Source of the DNA: the human T2T-CHM13v2.0 reference genome, Homo sapiens
Direction: 5' to 3' (one strand)
Length of the DNA: 64,000 nt
NCBI RefSeq assembly: GCF_009914755.1
Contig: NC_060942.1
In this document: positions 11,421 through 29,899 of the stretch, piece by piece
Position numbering within the stretch: position 1 is the stretch's first letter
How the letters are laid out: each line of letters begins with the position of its first letter
Program-made: the position numbers and the translations under genes
The notes under the pieces: generated by a model
Told to the model about the DNA's origin: nothing
The model's database searches: none
What the model saw: the letters and a program-made list of their open reading frames with translations, nothing else

Positions 11421-14400
11421 TAACTCAAACAAGGGTATCCAACCATATGCGAGGGATGCAGAATGCCACAGACAGTCAGAGATTATCTCCCTGAAGTCAG
11501 CTTAATTTAATGGAAAGTAGTGGGAATTGCATTAAAAATGTACCTAAATGTTACAGATAAAGCACAATATTTCAGAATTGTCATGATTGTGGCAGGATGC
11601 TTCTAATTAGATGACATGACTCATCTTATTTTGGATGCTTGTCCACTCCTCTATTCTGTTGTGTACTTTATGAAAAGGTTGAATAATCACATAATCTTCT
11701 AGAATTCATACCAAGGTTTCTCTCTGAACGTGATTTAGCCAATCTTCTTATATGCCACCTTTTTGAATGTCAATTATATTGATGGGATACAATTTACGGT
11801 GGGGACAGGAGCCAGAGAGATGTAACTTGGCACTATCCTGTAATTAATGGCATTAACTCATAAGTTTTAACTCTTCCAATATCAAAAAGATAGCAGTAAA
11901 AAAGAATATAGCATATGTGTGCACTTATACACCACTTCTTTAATAAACAAGGCAAAGAAAATAAATCTCAAAGACAGCAACCCATTAAAATACATTGCAC
12001 TCTGTTGGCCACTCGTAGAAAGGTAAATGACAGAACCAAGCAAGCTGAAAGACAGCCTTAGGTTGTCTCATTTATTTATTATAGAAATGAGTTCCTTGGT
12101 CAGCTGTCCAATACTTTTTTAAAATTTGTATGTATTTATTCTCTTCAGAGGATTGTTCTTGGTCTGAGAGGAAGATTTCCAAGAATGTCCTGGTAGAGGA
12201 TGTTGTTGACTTAGCGGTTCATGTCCAAATTTTCCTGGCATGCTTAGTATTTAGGTCAAACTGTTCTATTGCAGGGATTGAGACTCCTTGCCCTAATGGT
12301 TTTAAGTTAATTCTGGAACTCTGCTTTCCACGCTTACAATTTTCTGGTGATGAAACTTTCATAAAATTTATTTTGCCACCAATTTTATATTTTGGAGACT
12401 CTATTTTCTAAAAGCCAACTCCAGCTTTCTTGGCTGGTCAGAATAATCCCTGAGCCCTGATTACCAAACTATGTAATGATCTGTTAGCACCATAACTACT
12501 TTGTTTCAATTGATTTGCAGCTGTTACTAGCGCTCTGCCCATTCTTGGCTTTCTATGCTTAGTTGCATTAGATTTAAGACTTGCTTGGAGAATAAAGTGT
12601 AAAGCTGTGTTACCAAACAGTGTATTTTCTTCTCAGAATGTGGCCCCCTTGTTGCATTTTGAGTTTAGTCATGGGATATACTTAAAATGGCAAGTGAAGT
12701 TGGGGGAAGGAGGGTGCAGCAGGAGCTACTCAAGAGAGACCTGGTAGGTTTGGTTTCCTAATACTTTTTTCTCCTCCCGAACATTCCTATACTATTTGAC
12801 AGCTCACTAGCATTTCTAGATGAGAATATTAATTTATAGATGGAGAAGAAATCAAACAATAAATTTTTTTTATTGGAAGCTGTTAAATAACTCAAGTTAA
12901 ATAAATATTAACTTCTAGTCAGATGATGTGTTTCTGGCATTGGGCAAATTTAATCTGGCAACCCAGATTTTCTACATTAGCTTATATTAATAGTAAAAAA
13001 TTCCAGTCCAGAGCTTCTTTCTCTCTTGTTGTACCTTATTGAAGGACTCCAAGAGTAATCAATAGAGTCTGTGTTCTTGCTAATTTGATTCTAGTTCTAC
13101 AAAACCTTTCCAAGAGTGGTCATGTGGGTGGTACCTCAGTAGATGACAGGTAGTATCTTAACTGACCGCTTCACCTTCAATAGCACATTCTGACACTCTC
13201 TCACTCCGTGATGAGTAAAGCTACACTATTGACCAAGCCAACTCACCTCAGTCCATTCTGCATTTACTTTGCTTCATTTATTTTGCCAATATTTGTATTG
13301 GATAGAAATCTATTTGAATCAAGATAAAGAAATAGGTTCAACCTAAGACAAACAAAAAAATGGTGAAGATTATTATTCAGGGAATGTTCTTGTTGGATTA
13401 GAAACAAAAATCCCATCCTCAGGAAGGGACTAGAATTCAAAAATGGAAAGTTATTAACATGTACTTGCTTCATCTTTTATCTCTAATCCTTTCCCTAAAG
13501 ACACTTAACAGCTTTCTATCTGCAGATTAGGCTTCATGATCTCTTAAAATACCATTTAGTCCACAAATTTGTTAGTCCACCACTTACAGAGAATGTGAAC
13601 CTCACTGGATAACATTCTATTCTGAATCAGATATTGGTCTGATCCAGAACTACTGGTGTCATATGAACCTTCTCAAACTTTCTACTTTGTTTGGCTTTTT
13701 GATGTGGTTGAATACATCACCCACAGAAAACTATGCTTTAGTGGTGAACCCCATGAAACAAAATAGAATCTAGTTTTCATGAAGCTGAAGAGAGCCATGA
13801 ACTTCTATCTCTGCACATTTCACAGCCCAGTGATTTTAATATACCCACATGTATTAGGGGGCAGATATTAACTTACACACTTTCCCAAAGTGTGTTATAT
13901 TGGGATCAATATTTCATTAGCACTCTCCAGAGCTAATGATTAAGGCAAGCACCAGCTGGACTCAATTTTATGCAGTGAGTCATTGACATTTGCTCCGTGG
14001 CCTGTGAGGTAATCTGCCCTTTTAAAGGAATAAAAAAGGTTAACCCAGACCCTTGTAAACCTTTATCAGTGACTTGACATCATTAAAAGCTGTCCAGTCT
14101 ATTTTGTGGCAGTCAATCAAACATAAAATTTCCTAGAGTAGTAGGCTATTTTTTAACTGAGAAAGTCAAGCCAATGATCTCTTGAAAAGTATTATTTATG
14201 TATCTCATATGTGCCCCCAGACAATAGAAGGTGCTGTGACAGATACAAAGAAAAAGAAGACCTGCTGTCTGCCCTCAAGGTACTTATTAACTAGTTGGGA
14301 AGTCACAATAAAACCCCAAAATAAAGTAAGACTTTATTAGCAAATAACCAAAATGAAGAAATAGATTAAAACAACCACAAAGAGTTGCTTCTCACCCTTC

Positions 14401-15249
14401 AAAAATTATATCTGATGTGTCTTATATTGTGAGAGTAAAGAGAATACAAACATGGTACAAAAAATTTGGGTTGTATTTCTAAGAATATATCAGATTTTCA
14501 TGGGCTGGAAAGAAGGGAGGGACACATTTGTTTTGATTGGGGGAGAGAGAAAGGAGTAAATGTAAAATGCAGAAACTGGAGCTGCACAAAATAAGTTTTC
14601 ATCCAGGTACTTCCACGTACCAGAGCCTGACCACTGCAACTTGGGGAGAGAGTTATTATATGAACTAGAACTGAAAAATTGTTAGTAGAACCTGTAGAAA
14701 TGAGAACCAAAGCAATAGTTTGCATTGCAGGTTTGAGAGAAATCTTGTTTATACTATACTGTTAAGAGGAAGCTAGAGATGTCAATGTGACATCTCACAG
14801 GTGCATCCTGATGCCATAACAACACTTTTCCTCTCCCTGTGCACACTGCAGATGTATACACACCTATTCTCCAAAAGGTACGCTTCTCTTTCCAACAAGG
14901 CTTTCCCTCCCAAGCTTCACTCCTGCCACTGAGATAACTACCAGGTTGCTCTTGGCAGGTTCCAAAACATTTGCATCTCCTGAATGATTCACCCACAGCC
15001 TTCCACTCCTGCCACTGGGTATCAGCTAATTTTTTATTCACTCAAGCCTGCAGAATGACAAGTCCCCCAGTTAGACTTCTTGGAGGCTTCCTCTTTCTTT
15101 GGCACTAGGTGTGGTGAGTGTCAAAATCTCATCTTAGCAGACTTGGTTTAGTGTTAAAAGCTTTGTCTATGACAGCAAACAAATGTTGGGGGGCATAGAG
15201 GGGCAGAAGTATGTTAAGAAGGAAAATGACTGGGCCACTTGTTTCATCC

Positions 15250-15370
15250 AATTGCAGAATGCTAGAGAAGAAAAGCTCATCTAGTCCAACACCATCATTT
15301 TACTGAGGAAGAACATGGAAATCTGAGAGGCAAAGTGTCTAATCCGAGATTTGACAGAAAGTATTGTGGG
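15250..15370 (-). mobile_element. MIR3/MIRc-like SINE fragment
   Basis: 'agaatgctagag...ctcatctagtccaacaccatcattttactgagga'. Confidence 0.5.
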
Positions 15371-16479
15371 ACAGAGATGACACCGGTGCCTCATCGGGAA
15401 ATTGTAAGGCCCTCTAAGACAAAGGCTATGATTTGTACGTCTTTGAAGCACCACCATGCCTAGAATCCTATATTGCTTATAATAAATGCTAAGTAAATGA
15501 TGAGAAAGTAATCAAGGATTGATTTGTAACTAAAATGCTCAGAATGTTAAGTTGGTTCCTGATTTCCTTTTTGTAAATTCAATTTTTCCTCTACTATTAT
15601 ACATATGGGTTTCAGATTTTATCTACTTTTTATCTGCAATTTTCTCTTTCTCTCACTAATGAAGCCATTTTTCTCAGTTGAGTCAGGTACCTTCATTTTG
15701 CCTTTGGAAAGGAAGAAATGTATTATCTTCCTACTTCTGTCCATCTTTATTTCTTCAAGGTTGTTTCAGACTCATCACTCCTCACCTCACACTTTCTTAT
15801 ATTTTTAAGAGTGACTTCTCTGTACAATGTATTTAGGACTGAGATAAACTGGTTGTTTAATCATTATTGGATGAAATGTTTCATGCTAAAGAAATTAAAT
15901 TTATCAATTATAAATGGCATACTTTATATTCCCCAGTATTAGGTATGTGGAGAATATAACAAATCAAAGAAATAATCTTTGCATTTTGGAGATGAGAAAT
16001 AATTTTAGGAAGATTAAAATGACAACACAAAAAACCACAAGAGATGATAAAAACACAAAATACAATTGATTTCTATATAGACAATAACTTCAATAGTAGT
16101 GAATTCTGTGTGATAAAATGAGAAGGTCTTCTGGAGCAGGAGAGATATGAGATAAATTTACAGATCAGACATATAAGCAGAAAAGGGGGAGTAAAAGGTT
16201 TCTACCTGAAAAAAATACGAGGACAAAGCTTCAGAGACAGGAATCCATCAGTAAGGTATACTTAACTAGTAAGTACCCAAGTTTGGCTAGAACAAAGAGC
16301 ACATGTAAACAAGAAAGATTCAGAGGTTTATGGGCACTAGGTGATCTTGCCCTCAGAGGGCTCATGTTCTCAATGGGGAGCCAGACATAAACATATAGAC
16401 TCACTAAAGATTAATTTAATAACCTATGGAATCATGTCAAAACTTACAGTACTGAACCAACCTTAAAAGTTAGAATTCC

Positions 16480-16980
16480 TCTATTTTAAAAGATACATGC
16501 ACACTTATGTTCATTGTAACAGTATTCACAATAGCAAAGACATGAAATCAACCTAAATGCCTATTAATGATAGATTGGATAAAGAAAATGTGGTACATAT
16601 ACATCACGGAATACTATGCAGCCATAAAAAGGAATAAGATCATGTCCCTGGACATGGATGGTGCTGGAGGCCATTATCCTTAGCAAACTAATGCAGGAAC
16701 AGAAAACCAAATAACACATGTTTTCACTTACTTATAAGTGAGAGCTAAATGATGAGAACACATGGACACACGGGGGGAACAACACACACTGAGGACTGTT
16801 GAAGGGTAGGGGGTGGAAGAAGGGACAGAATCAGGAAGAATAGCTAGTGGATGTTTGGCTTAATAGCTGGGTGATGGGATGATCTGTGCAGCAAATCACC
16901 ACGGCAAATGTTTGCCTATGTGACAAACCTACTCATCCTGCACATGTACCCCAGAGCTTAAAATAAAAGCTGGACATTTT
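16480..16980 (+). mobile_element. 5'-truncated LINE-1 3' end (older L1PA, about L1PA13-16)
   Basis: L1 3' sequence 'ggataaagaaaatgtggtacatatac...aggaagaatagctagtggatg...cacatgtaccccagagcttaaaataaaag'. TSD aaaagttaga(a/t)tt at 16465 and 16984. Confidence 0.9.
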
Positions 16981-17619
16981 TTAAAAAGTTAGATTTTCAT
17001 AGGTTACCATGACAAAGAAATATTTTAAGTGAGTTAAATCTGAAATGGCATCAAAAGGACACTGAGAATCTGGATTAGCAGTGAGAGGGGAAGCCATTAC
17101 AAGGAAAAATAAGAGAGTCTACTTCTTCTTTTATTTTTATTTGTTCGTTAGTTTGTTTCTCCTAGCCCCCACCATTAATAGGTAAGAAATAAACAGCTTT
17201 TACTCATCAAAAATTATATCAGATATATTTTCTATCCCGAGAGGAGAGCACATTCATGGCAAATTTTAGTTATGCAGTTAGTGTTTATGAAGTTTTCACT
17301 CCAGAATATATACTCTATTAATCTTCATCTTTTTTTGCAATTAATAACTATTGATTTTCAAAATTTGGTGTTTAAGCAAACACCAAATATTTCAGAAACA
17401 TAGATGGTGGCTTCTTGATTATAAAATTTTATGCTGTTGGTTTCTTTGTATTCAAGAACCAATAAAACAAACCAGCAGTTTGTAATCTTAAGTACCCCTA
17501 GTCTGAAACAACCACTACAAGAAAAAAGAAAAGTAATATTGGCAGGCATAATTAGAAGTATTATATACAGGTCAAACAAATAATAGTCTAACTGCATTCT
17601 AACTTTAAAATGGGAGAAC

Positions 17620-17975
17620 TTCTGTGTTTAAATATAAGCAAATACATTTAAAAAGAGGAGTGGTCAAAGTAGATTGCATCCAGAGAAAAACAACTACAAG
17701 AGCACAGTTGTCAAATAAGGAAATTGAAGGAGTTTGGTACTGAGAAAAGGGTAATATGTGCTTTCACATATTTGAAAGAAGGCCAGGTTGAGAAGGGCAT
17801 GGCGTTTCAATTGTTTACTTCAGAGAACCTAATCAGGATTAGTATGGGAATGGCACCTCTACCATTTTTTATTTGTTTGTTTCAATTCAATGTATTGGAG
17901 AGCTCATCAGCTGTGAGAAAATTAAACAACAGATGATACCTGATTTCTTATGCTCCCCCAATCACTGGAAGTAAG
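17620..17975 (+). mobile_element. L3/CR1 LINE relic
   Basis: 'aaggaaattgaaggagtttgg...ctttcacatatttgaaagaaggcc...gctcccccaatcactggaagt' resembles the CR1/L3 3' region. Confidence 0.5.
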
Positions 17976-18049
17976 TTTTTTTTTTAGTTTTTATTTATCT
18001 ACTTGTTTGTATTTTTTGGTAGAAAGACTACTGTAATAAACTCATAATT

Positions 18050-18495
<446 letters not shown>

Positions 18496-18844
18496 TTACT
18501 CTTGTCTGGAAGCTGCTACAGTGCTGTTCCCTGGAATAATTTGGAAGTTGACAGAACTATTTTACCACATAATATTTTTATAGATGTCCATTACCCTTGT
18601 TGCTATATTTTTCTAAAACAAGGGAATTCAGAAAAATTACAAATTACTCCACTTCTTCACTCTGTGTCTCAGAATTTTCTATTGTGGGCATTCTATTAGC
18701 TATGAGATGGCTATTTTTTCAGTGATGTACTAAAATATAAATCCCATTTATTTGAGAGATGAAAAAGGAAATACATAAAGAAAACTTATAAAGTCATACA
18801 ATTTTAGACTTATGTTATTTATATCAGAAAAAAGTACATATATT

Positions 18845-18945
18845 TAACTCAACCTATAGGGGTCCTCAAAGAAGAGAACAAGAGAAACAACATAGGACCG
18901 TGCAAAAATAATAATAATTCAAGAACACTCTCCTGAGATAAAATT
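18845..18945 (+). mobile_element. Old L1M ORF1 fragment
   Basis: 'ataggggtcctcaaagaagagaac...aaataataataattcaagaacactctcctgag' resembles the ORF1p IGVPEEE...I..ENFP region. Confidence 0.4.
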
Positions 18946-19446
18946 TTGTTGTCTGAATTAGTCTAAGTATGGTAATTATTACATTAGGTATACTTTTCAA
19001 ATAAAGAAAATTACATAGTTAGATAATGTAACAAATACGGGCCACAATAAAAAAATGTAGCTTATGAAAATGATTCAGAAAAAAAGTAGTTACATTTGAT
19101 AATATCTTAGGCTTTTGGTAATTTAAGAATATGAAAAGTATTGACTAGTTTTTATTTTTAAATAGATTTATTTTTTATTCATAATAACTTAATGTGTTTT
19201 TACACAAGAATTAAAAAGTTTTAAGTTGTATAATTATAAGTTTTTATGTCATTTTCTGTATGTAGTGATGACACAGAAAAAACTGAGAATAACACAGTGT
19301 TCGCTTGACCAAAATCATAGGGTAAGACTTGGTAGAGATACTGATTGAATACTTTCAAAGTTATGATGAGACATGCACAATAAGCTAAGAATATTTTCTT
19401 GAAAAAGCAGATGAACTCACTTTTCTTTGTAAAGTTGTTGGCATGC

Positions 19447-19845
19447 TGACTTCTAGTTTTAAATCCTACATGCAAATAGCTTAGAAATCAACACTCCCGT
19501 TCTCAAAACAACAAAAACAGAAAAGACTGAACACACTAAAATTCAATGACTTTTGAATTCATCAGAAAACTGAGGTCACTGGCAAATCAAAAATATAGAG
19601 AGAAAGGTAAATACAAAGTCACTGGTGAGATCACCTGAGTCATAAACTGGTGAGATCACTAAAATTGTAATTTTGACAATTTGCTGGAGGCTAAGTGTAG
19701 ACTAGTACTAGTGTCAGAGTGAGAAACTCCTGGGAGCTGCCAGGGTTTTTTTTTGTGTTGGGGGGAGGGGGGTACGAGGGGACATTACTATAGGTTTTAC
19801 TGCCAGGGGCCCCATCACTTTCTCACTGTGAAGTCAGAAAATACT
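19447..19845 (+). mobile_element. L1MC/MD-type 5'UTR fragment
   Basis: 'gacttctagtt...agcttagaaatcaacactcccgttctcaaaacaac...atcagaaaactgaggtcac' resembles recalled L1MCa/L1MDa 5' ends. Confidence 0.55.
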
Positions 19846-20471
19846 CTCATTTATACATTTCCACGGAAAGGCAGAAGACATAATAAAATAGCCAACATAA
19901 GACTGAAAATAAAAAACAAAGTTGGAGGATTCACGCTACCCAACTTGAAGTCTTATTGTAAAGCTAATAACCAAAGCACTGTGATGTTGGTGAAAGAACA
20001 GACAAAGAACAATGAACGAAAGAAAGAGCTCAGAAATAGAACTAAACAAATATAGTCAACATTTGTTTATATGTTACAATAATAAAGGAGCAAATAAGAT
20101 TCAATAGAAACAGGGCAGTCTTTTAAAAAAATTGTACTGAACCATTGTGGGTTCATATATTTAAATAAGGAACATAGATCCACTTTTTGCAAAAATTAAA
20201 TCAAATGTCAAATAAAATGAATATAAAATTAAAAACTATAAAAATTATAGAAGAAAACATAGAAATATAGGTGATTTTGGGTTTGGCAATGAAGTTTCAG
20301 ACAAACACAGAAAGCATGACCAATGAAAGAAAAAACAAACGACAAGACAATGTCTATTAACTTTAAAATCCCCTGATCTGTTAGAGACACTATTGAAAGA
20401 ATAAAAAGACAAGCTGAAGATGGGAGAAAACATGGCAAAACGCATATCTAAGAAAGAAATGTTACTCATAA

Positions 20472-20821
20472 TAATATGGTTTGGCTCTCTGTCCCCACCC
20501 AAATCTCACTTTGAATTATAGTTCCCATAATCCCTACATGTCATGAGAGGGACACAGTGCGAGGTAATTTAATCATGGGGGTGGTTATCCTCATGCTGAC
20601 TAGATCTAACAGTTTTATAGGGGATTTTCTCCCTTGTGCTTTGCACTTCTCCTTTCTGCCATTATGCGAAGAAAGACTTGTTTGTTGTCCCTTCTGCCGT
20701 GATTGTAAGTTTTCTGAGGCCTCCCCAGCCATGCTGATCTGTGAGTCAATTCAACCTTTTTCCTTTATAAATTACCCAGTCTCAGGTGGTCCTTTATAGG
20801 AGCATGAGAATAGACTAAACA
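20472..20821 (+). mobile_element. THE1 (C/D-like) MaLR solo LTR
   Basis: 'taatatggtttggctctctgtccccacccaaatctc...ttataaattacccagtctcagg...gcatgagaatagactaaaca'. Confidence 0.9.
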
Positions 20822-22072
20822 TTTACATTAAACAATAGAAAAACAAACAACATAATTGAAAATGTGAAAGAAAATCTAAAAAGATACTTTCCAAAGAAGA
20901 TATACATATAGCAACAGACACATAAAAGGATCTTCAACATTTATTTGCTATTAGGGAATTACAAATTAATACAATAAACGGATACTATTAAAAACCTGTG
21001 AGAATGGCTAAAATTCAAAAGACCTACAATACCAATTGCTAGCAAAGAAGCAGACTAATAGAAACTGTCATTCATTAGTGGTGGGAGTGTAAAATGGTAC
21101 AGCCAATTTGGAAGACAGTTTGGCAGTTTCCTACAAAGCTAAACACAGTCTTACCATGCCATACAGCAATCACACTCATTGGTATTTACCCAAGTAATTC
21201 AAAAACATGTCCACATAAAAGCCTGCACACAAACACACAGAGCAACTTCATTAATAATCAAGAAAAAATAGAAACAACCAGTCATTTACTCAGTGAATAG
21301 ATACACATGTAACCTGTAGTACACTGTGCAACAGAATAGTATTCAGTAACAGGAAAATAAAAGAGGTAGAAAGCCATGAAAAGAAATGGATAGATCTTAA
21401 GTGCATATTTCCAAGTGAAAGAAGCCAGTCTGAAAAAGATACATAGTATATGATTAAAATTATAGGACCTTCTGCAAAAGGCAAATCTCTAGAGACTATA
21501 AAAATAGATGTTGCAGGGGTTTAGAGGAAGGAGGAGAAAGTTGAAGCACAAATGACTTTCCAGGGTGCTGAACCTATTCTGTATAGTGCTATAATGTGGA
21601 TATATGACACTATACATTTGTCGAATCCCACTGAACTTTACAACAGAAGAGTGGACCGTAATGCATGCATATTAAAATTATTTATGAGGTTGGATGAATA
21701 ACAGGATAAAATGAAGAATATGACAAAATAATATAACTGTATTATAAATTTATGAAAAAGCTTACTCAAAAGCATATGGTAGGGAGGATGTGCTGACTTA
21801 AGTTACTTTGGAAATGAGGGGAATGTGTAAAACTAAAGGCAATGAAGCAGCACATAAACAATGTAATAGTCGGGAAAGTTGTTTTTCACAACGATGGGGT
21901 TAAAAATTCTGATCCTGCTGCACTGCTATATATAGCAGGTGCTCAGTATAGAATGAACACAAATAAATGCATCAAGGGTAGTGGGAGTCAGGTGTCTCAC
22001 TCTTGGAGTGGAAGTATATAGATAAGTATTTGGAGAAAGCTAGAATGATAGAAATAGTAAAGGATTAGAGCT

Positions 22073-22662
22073 TGGCTGGATATGAAATTCTGGGATGAAA
22101 ATTCTTCTCTTTAAGAATGTTGAATATTGGCCCCCACTCTCTTCTGGCTTGTAGAGTTTCTGTAGAGAGATTCACTGTTAGTCTGATGGGCTTCCCTTTG
22201 TGGGTAACTCGACCTTTCTCTCTGACTGCCCTTAACATTTTTTCCTTCATTTCTACCTTGCTGAATCTGATGATTATGTGTCTTGGGGTTGCTCTTCTCG
22301 AGGAATATCTTTGCAGTGTTCTCTATATTTCCTGAATTTGAATGTTGGCCTGTCTTGCTAGGTTGGGGAAGTTCTCCTGGATAATATCCTGAAGAGTGTT
22401 TTCCAATTTGGTTGCATTCTCCCCATCACTTTCAGGTACACCAATCAAATGTAGATTTGGTCTTTTCACATAGTTCCATATATATTGGAGGCTTTGCTCA
22501 TTCCTTTCAATTCTTTTTTTCTCTAATCTTGTCTTCTTGCTTTATTTCATGAAGTTGATCTTCAATCTCTGATATCCTTTATTCTGCTTGGTTGATTTGG
22601 CTATCAATACATGTGTATGCTCCATAAAGTTCTTGTGCTGTGTTTTTCAGCTCCATCAGGTC
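22073..22662 (-). mobile_element. Inverted 5' segment (ORF1) of an L1PA7-like insertion
   Basis: Minus ORF 22065-22250 MKEKMLRAVREKGRVTHKGKPIRLT...WGPIFNILKEKNFHPRISYPAK is L1PA ORF1p. Confidence 0.93.
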
Positions 22663-25483
<2,821 letters not shown>

Positions 25484-25684
25484 AAAGGATTAGAGCTGGA
25501 GATATCAGTTTGAACTTATATTTACTTTAATATTGATACAGATAAATTACATATACAAATATTTTTAGAAGTATGCATCCACATGGGCTAGTATACACAT
25601 ACATGTTTTCTTGCTCTGAGGTGACATACAAACAACAACATTTCAATAGAAATGAACACTCTAGTGTCCAAATCTTGGATTCTA

Positions 25685-26163
<479 letters not shown>

Positions 26164-26167
26164 CTAC

Positions 26168-26217
26168 AAAAAGAAAAAGAAAAGAAAAGAGAAATAGAGA
26201 TAGAAAGAAAGACAGAA

Positions 26218-26281
<64 letters not shown>

Positions 26282-26310
26282 AAAGAAAAGAAAGAGAAAG
26301 AGAGAGGGAA
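26168..26310. repeat. (GAAA)n purine-rich microsatellite
   Basis: Directly visible. Confidence 0.95.
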
Positions 26311-28733
26311 AAAAGGCCTAAAGAAAGACCCACAATGATGGGTGTACATCAAAGAAAGAAAGAGAGAGAGACAAAAGCCCAAAGAAAGAAGACCCACAAT
26401 ATTGGGTGTATAACCAAAGAATATAGGAGTCAACTGAAAGAGCTCTCATAACTATTTTTGGAACAACTTGAGAAACAAAATAAATATTGTTGGGAAATAC
26501 CCTAAAGTATAAAGTAAATACCCATGAATTTATAATTATTTAAATAATAAACAAATTGAGAGGAAGAGAAATCTCCCATGTAGAAGAATTACAAATAATC
26601 CATGCAGATCCTCTCTTATCAAAGAGCTGCAGCATAAAATCCCACTTCTGAAGCGTGGGCTATGCATAGTGATTTCCTTCCAAAGAGAACAATATGCAAA
26701 AGGAGACAATAAAGAACAACTTTCCCATTGAGAAACCTGACGAACACTACTGAGCCAGGTGGACAAAGTCAACATCAACAATGATAAGTCATGTTGCTAG
26801 TATGTAATCTTGGTCTGATGTGATGAGAATATCACTTTACCTCTGTAGTTATCCTCCCAAAACTGTAACTCCAGTCTAATCATGAGAAAATCACCAGACA
26901 GATCCAAATCAAGCAATATTCTACAAAACAGTCGACCAGTATTTGTCACACTGCCAAGATCATGAAAAACAGGAAAAGTCTGAGATATTGTCACAACTAT
27001 CAGGAGTCTATGGAGGCATGATGACTAACTCTAATGTCATAGCCTGAATAGAAAAAAAAAGACATTATATTAAAACTAAGGAAATATGCATACCATATTG
27101 ATTTTAGTTAATAATAGTAATACATCAATATTAATTTATTCATTGTGACAAATTCATCATAATAAAGGAATATTGATGTTAATAATAAAGGAAGATGAGT
27201 GAGAGGCATATGGCATCCCAGTATCATCTCTACCATTTTTCAGTAAATATCAACTTGTGTGAAAAAAAAAGTTTATTAAGAAAAAAAAATGTTTGACATG
27301 TTTTGTCTTAGTATTCATACTTTATATGAATCCCCAGTTATAGTCTTCAGGAATAGTGACACATTAAGCCTTCATAGGCTTGTAAGTTGTAATATGAAAG
27401 CACAGGCACATAAACATACATACATACAGTCATAGGAGGTAGGGTTTGTAATGACAAAATAAAGCAAAATAAAGGTAGAAGAGCATTCAAGACATGTAAT
27501 CTTTTTCACGTACTTCTGTATCCAAGAAACCCATGTAACACGTCTTCTGTAACTCCTGTCATTTTGCCAAAGAAAATCATGTTATAAAGTAAGTTTTCTT
27601 ACTTCCATTTGAGTATATTTTAATGCAGCCTAACATAGACGAACCATTTATGTTCCTGCTCACAGAATAGTTTCTTCCTTCACTTCTCTAGAATATCTAA
27701 TATTAGAAACTCATTTATTCTATGGGACTTCTTAAATACTTGGATAAGAAAAGTAAAACATGTCTTGCCTCAGGCCAGTAAATAAGTGACAATCTACAAA
27801 TTTAATATAAAAATGATTAATTTTCATAGACAGTAATGCAGCCCAGTAGAATTCTGTAAATTTACTCTATTAAATAGGTGAAAAATAAAAACTTAATGAA
27901 AGATTTTATGTAGAGAACCTTTGTTTATTATAGAGTAAGAAAGTGATGCTGCTCTAAAGTTGGAGGGAATTCTTGGAACAAGTTTTAAGATTTTAACAAA
28001 ACAAAGACATACTAATCTATTTAGAGGAGCCATTTTTAATGACCCATTAATATTATTTATGCAGCTAAAGAGGTAATCCTAATGGTCCTCACTAATAAAA
28101 ACGCTAATATTTTTTAAATTTTAATATTGTCAATTTTATTTTAATAGTCAAGGAAGAGCTAACTTTATTCCAGCAAGCATGAATGGACTAATCATTCCAA
28201 ATAAGTGAAATTATGAAGTTTCATGCATTTACAAAGTACTTCACAAAGTAGCGTTTTGGTTCATCCAGTCGATGTCTAACCTAAATAAATATTTATTCAT
28301 ACACTTATTGATTAATTTCTTAAGAAAAACAAACAAAAAAACCCCTTCTATTTAAAATGACATTTGTTAGACCCATCCTTAGATCATTCCACAAAGGAGA
28401 AATGACATTATTAACTAGAGGAAAAAAAAATCACAATATGAGAGATGTATTATGTATACTTATTTCTAGACAGAAGTGATAAAAATTTTATTGTTTATTT
28501 TATTTACTTGCTTATTTACTTACTGTATTCTATTTCATTCACTTTGAAGACTAAGAATTATGAAAGTACAGTGGCAGCCCTTTTAATTTACTGAGTACAC
28601 TGTGTCTATTAGAAAAATACTGTCTTGTTTATAGCGTGCATATAATCAGATTCACTTTTCTCAACACAGAAAAACAGACTTCTCAATATCCAGAATATAT
28701 CTTGCCTTATACTTACCAACTAAAGTAGGAGGA

Positions 28734-29899
<1,166 letters not shown>

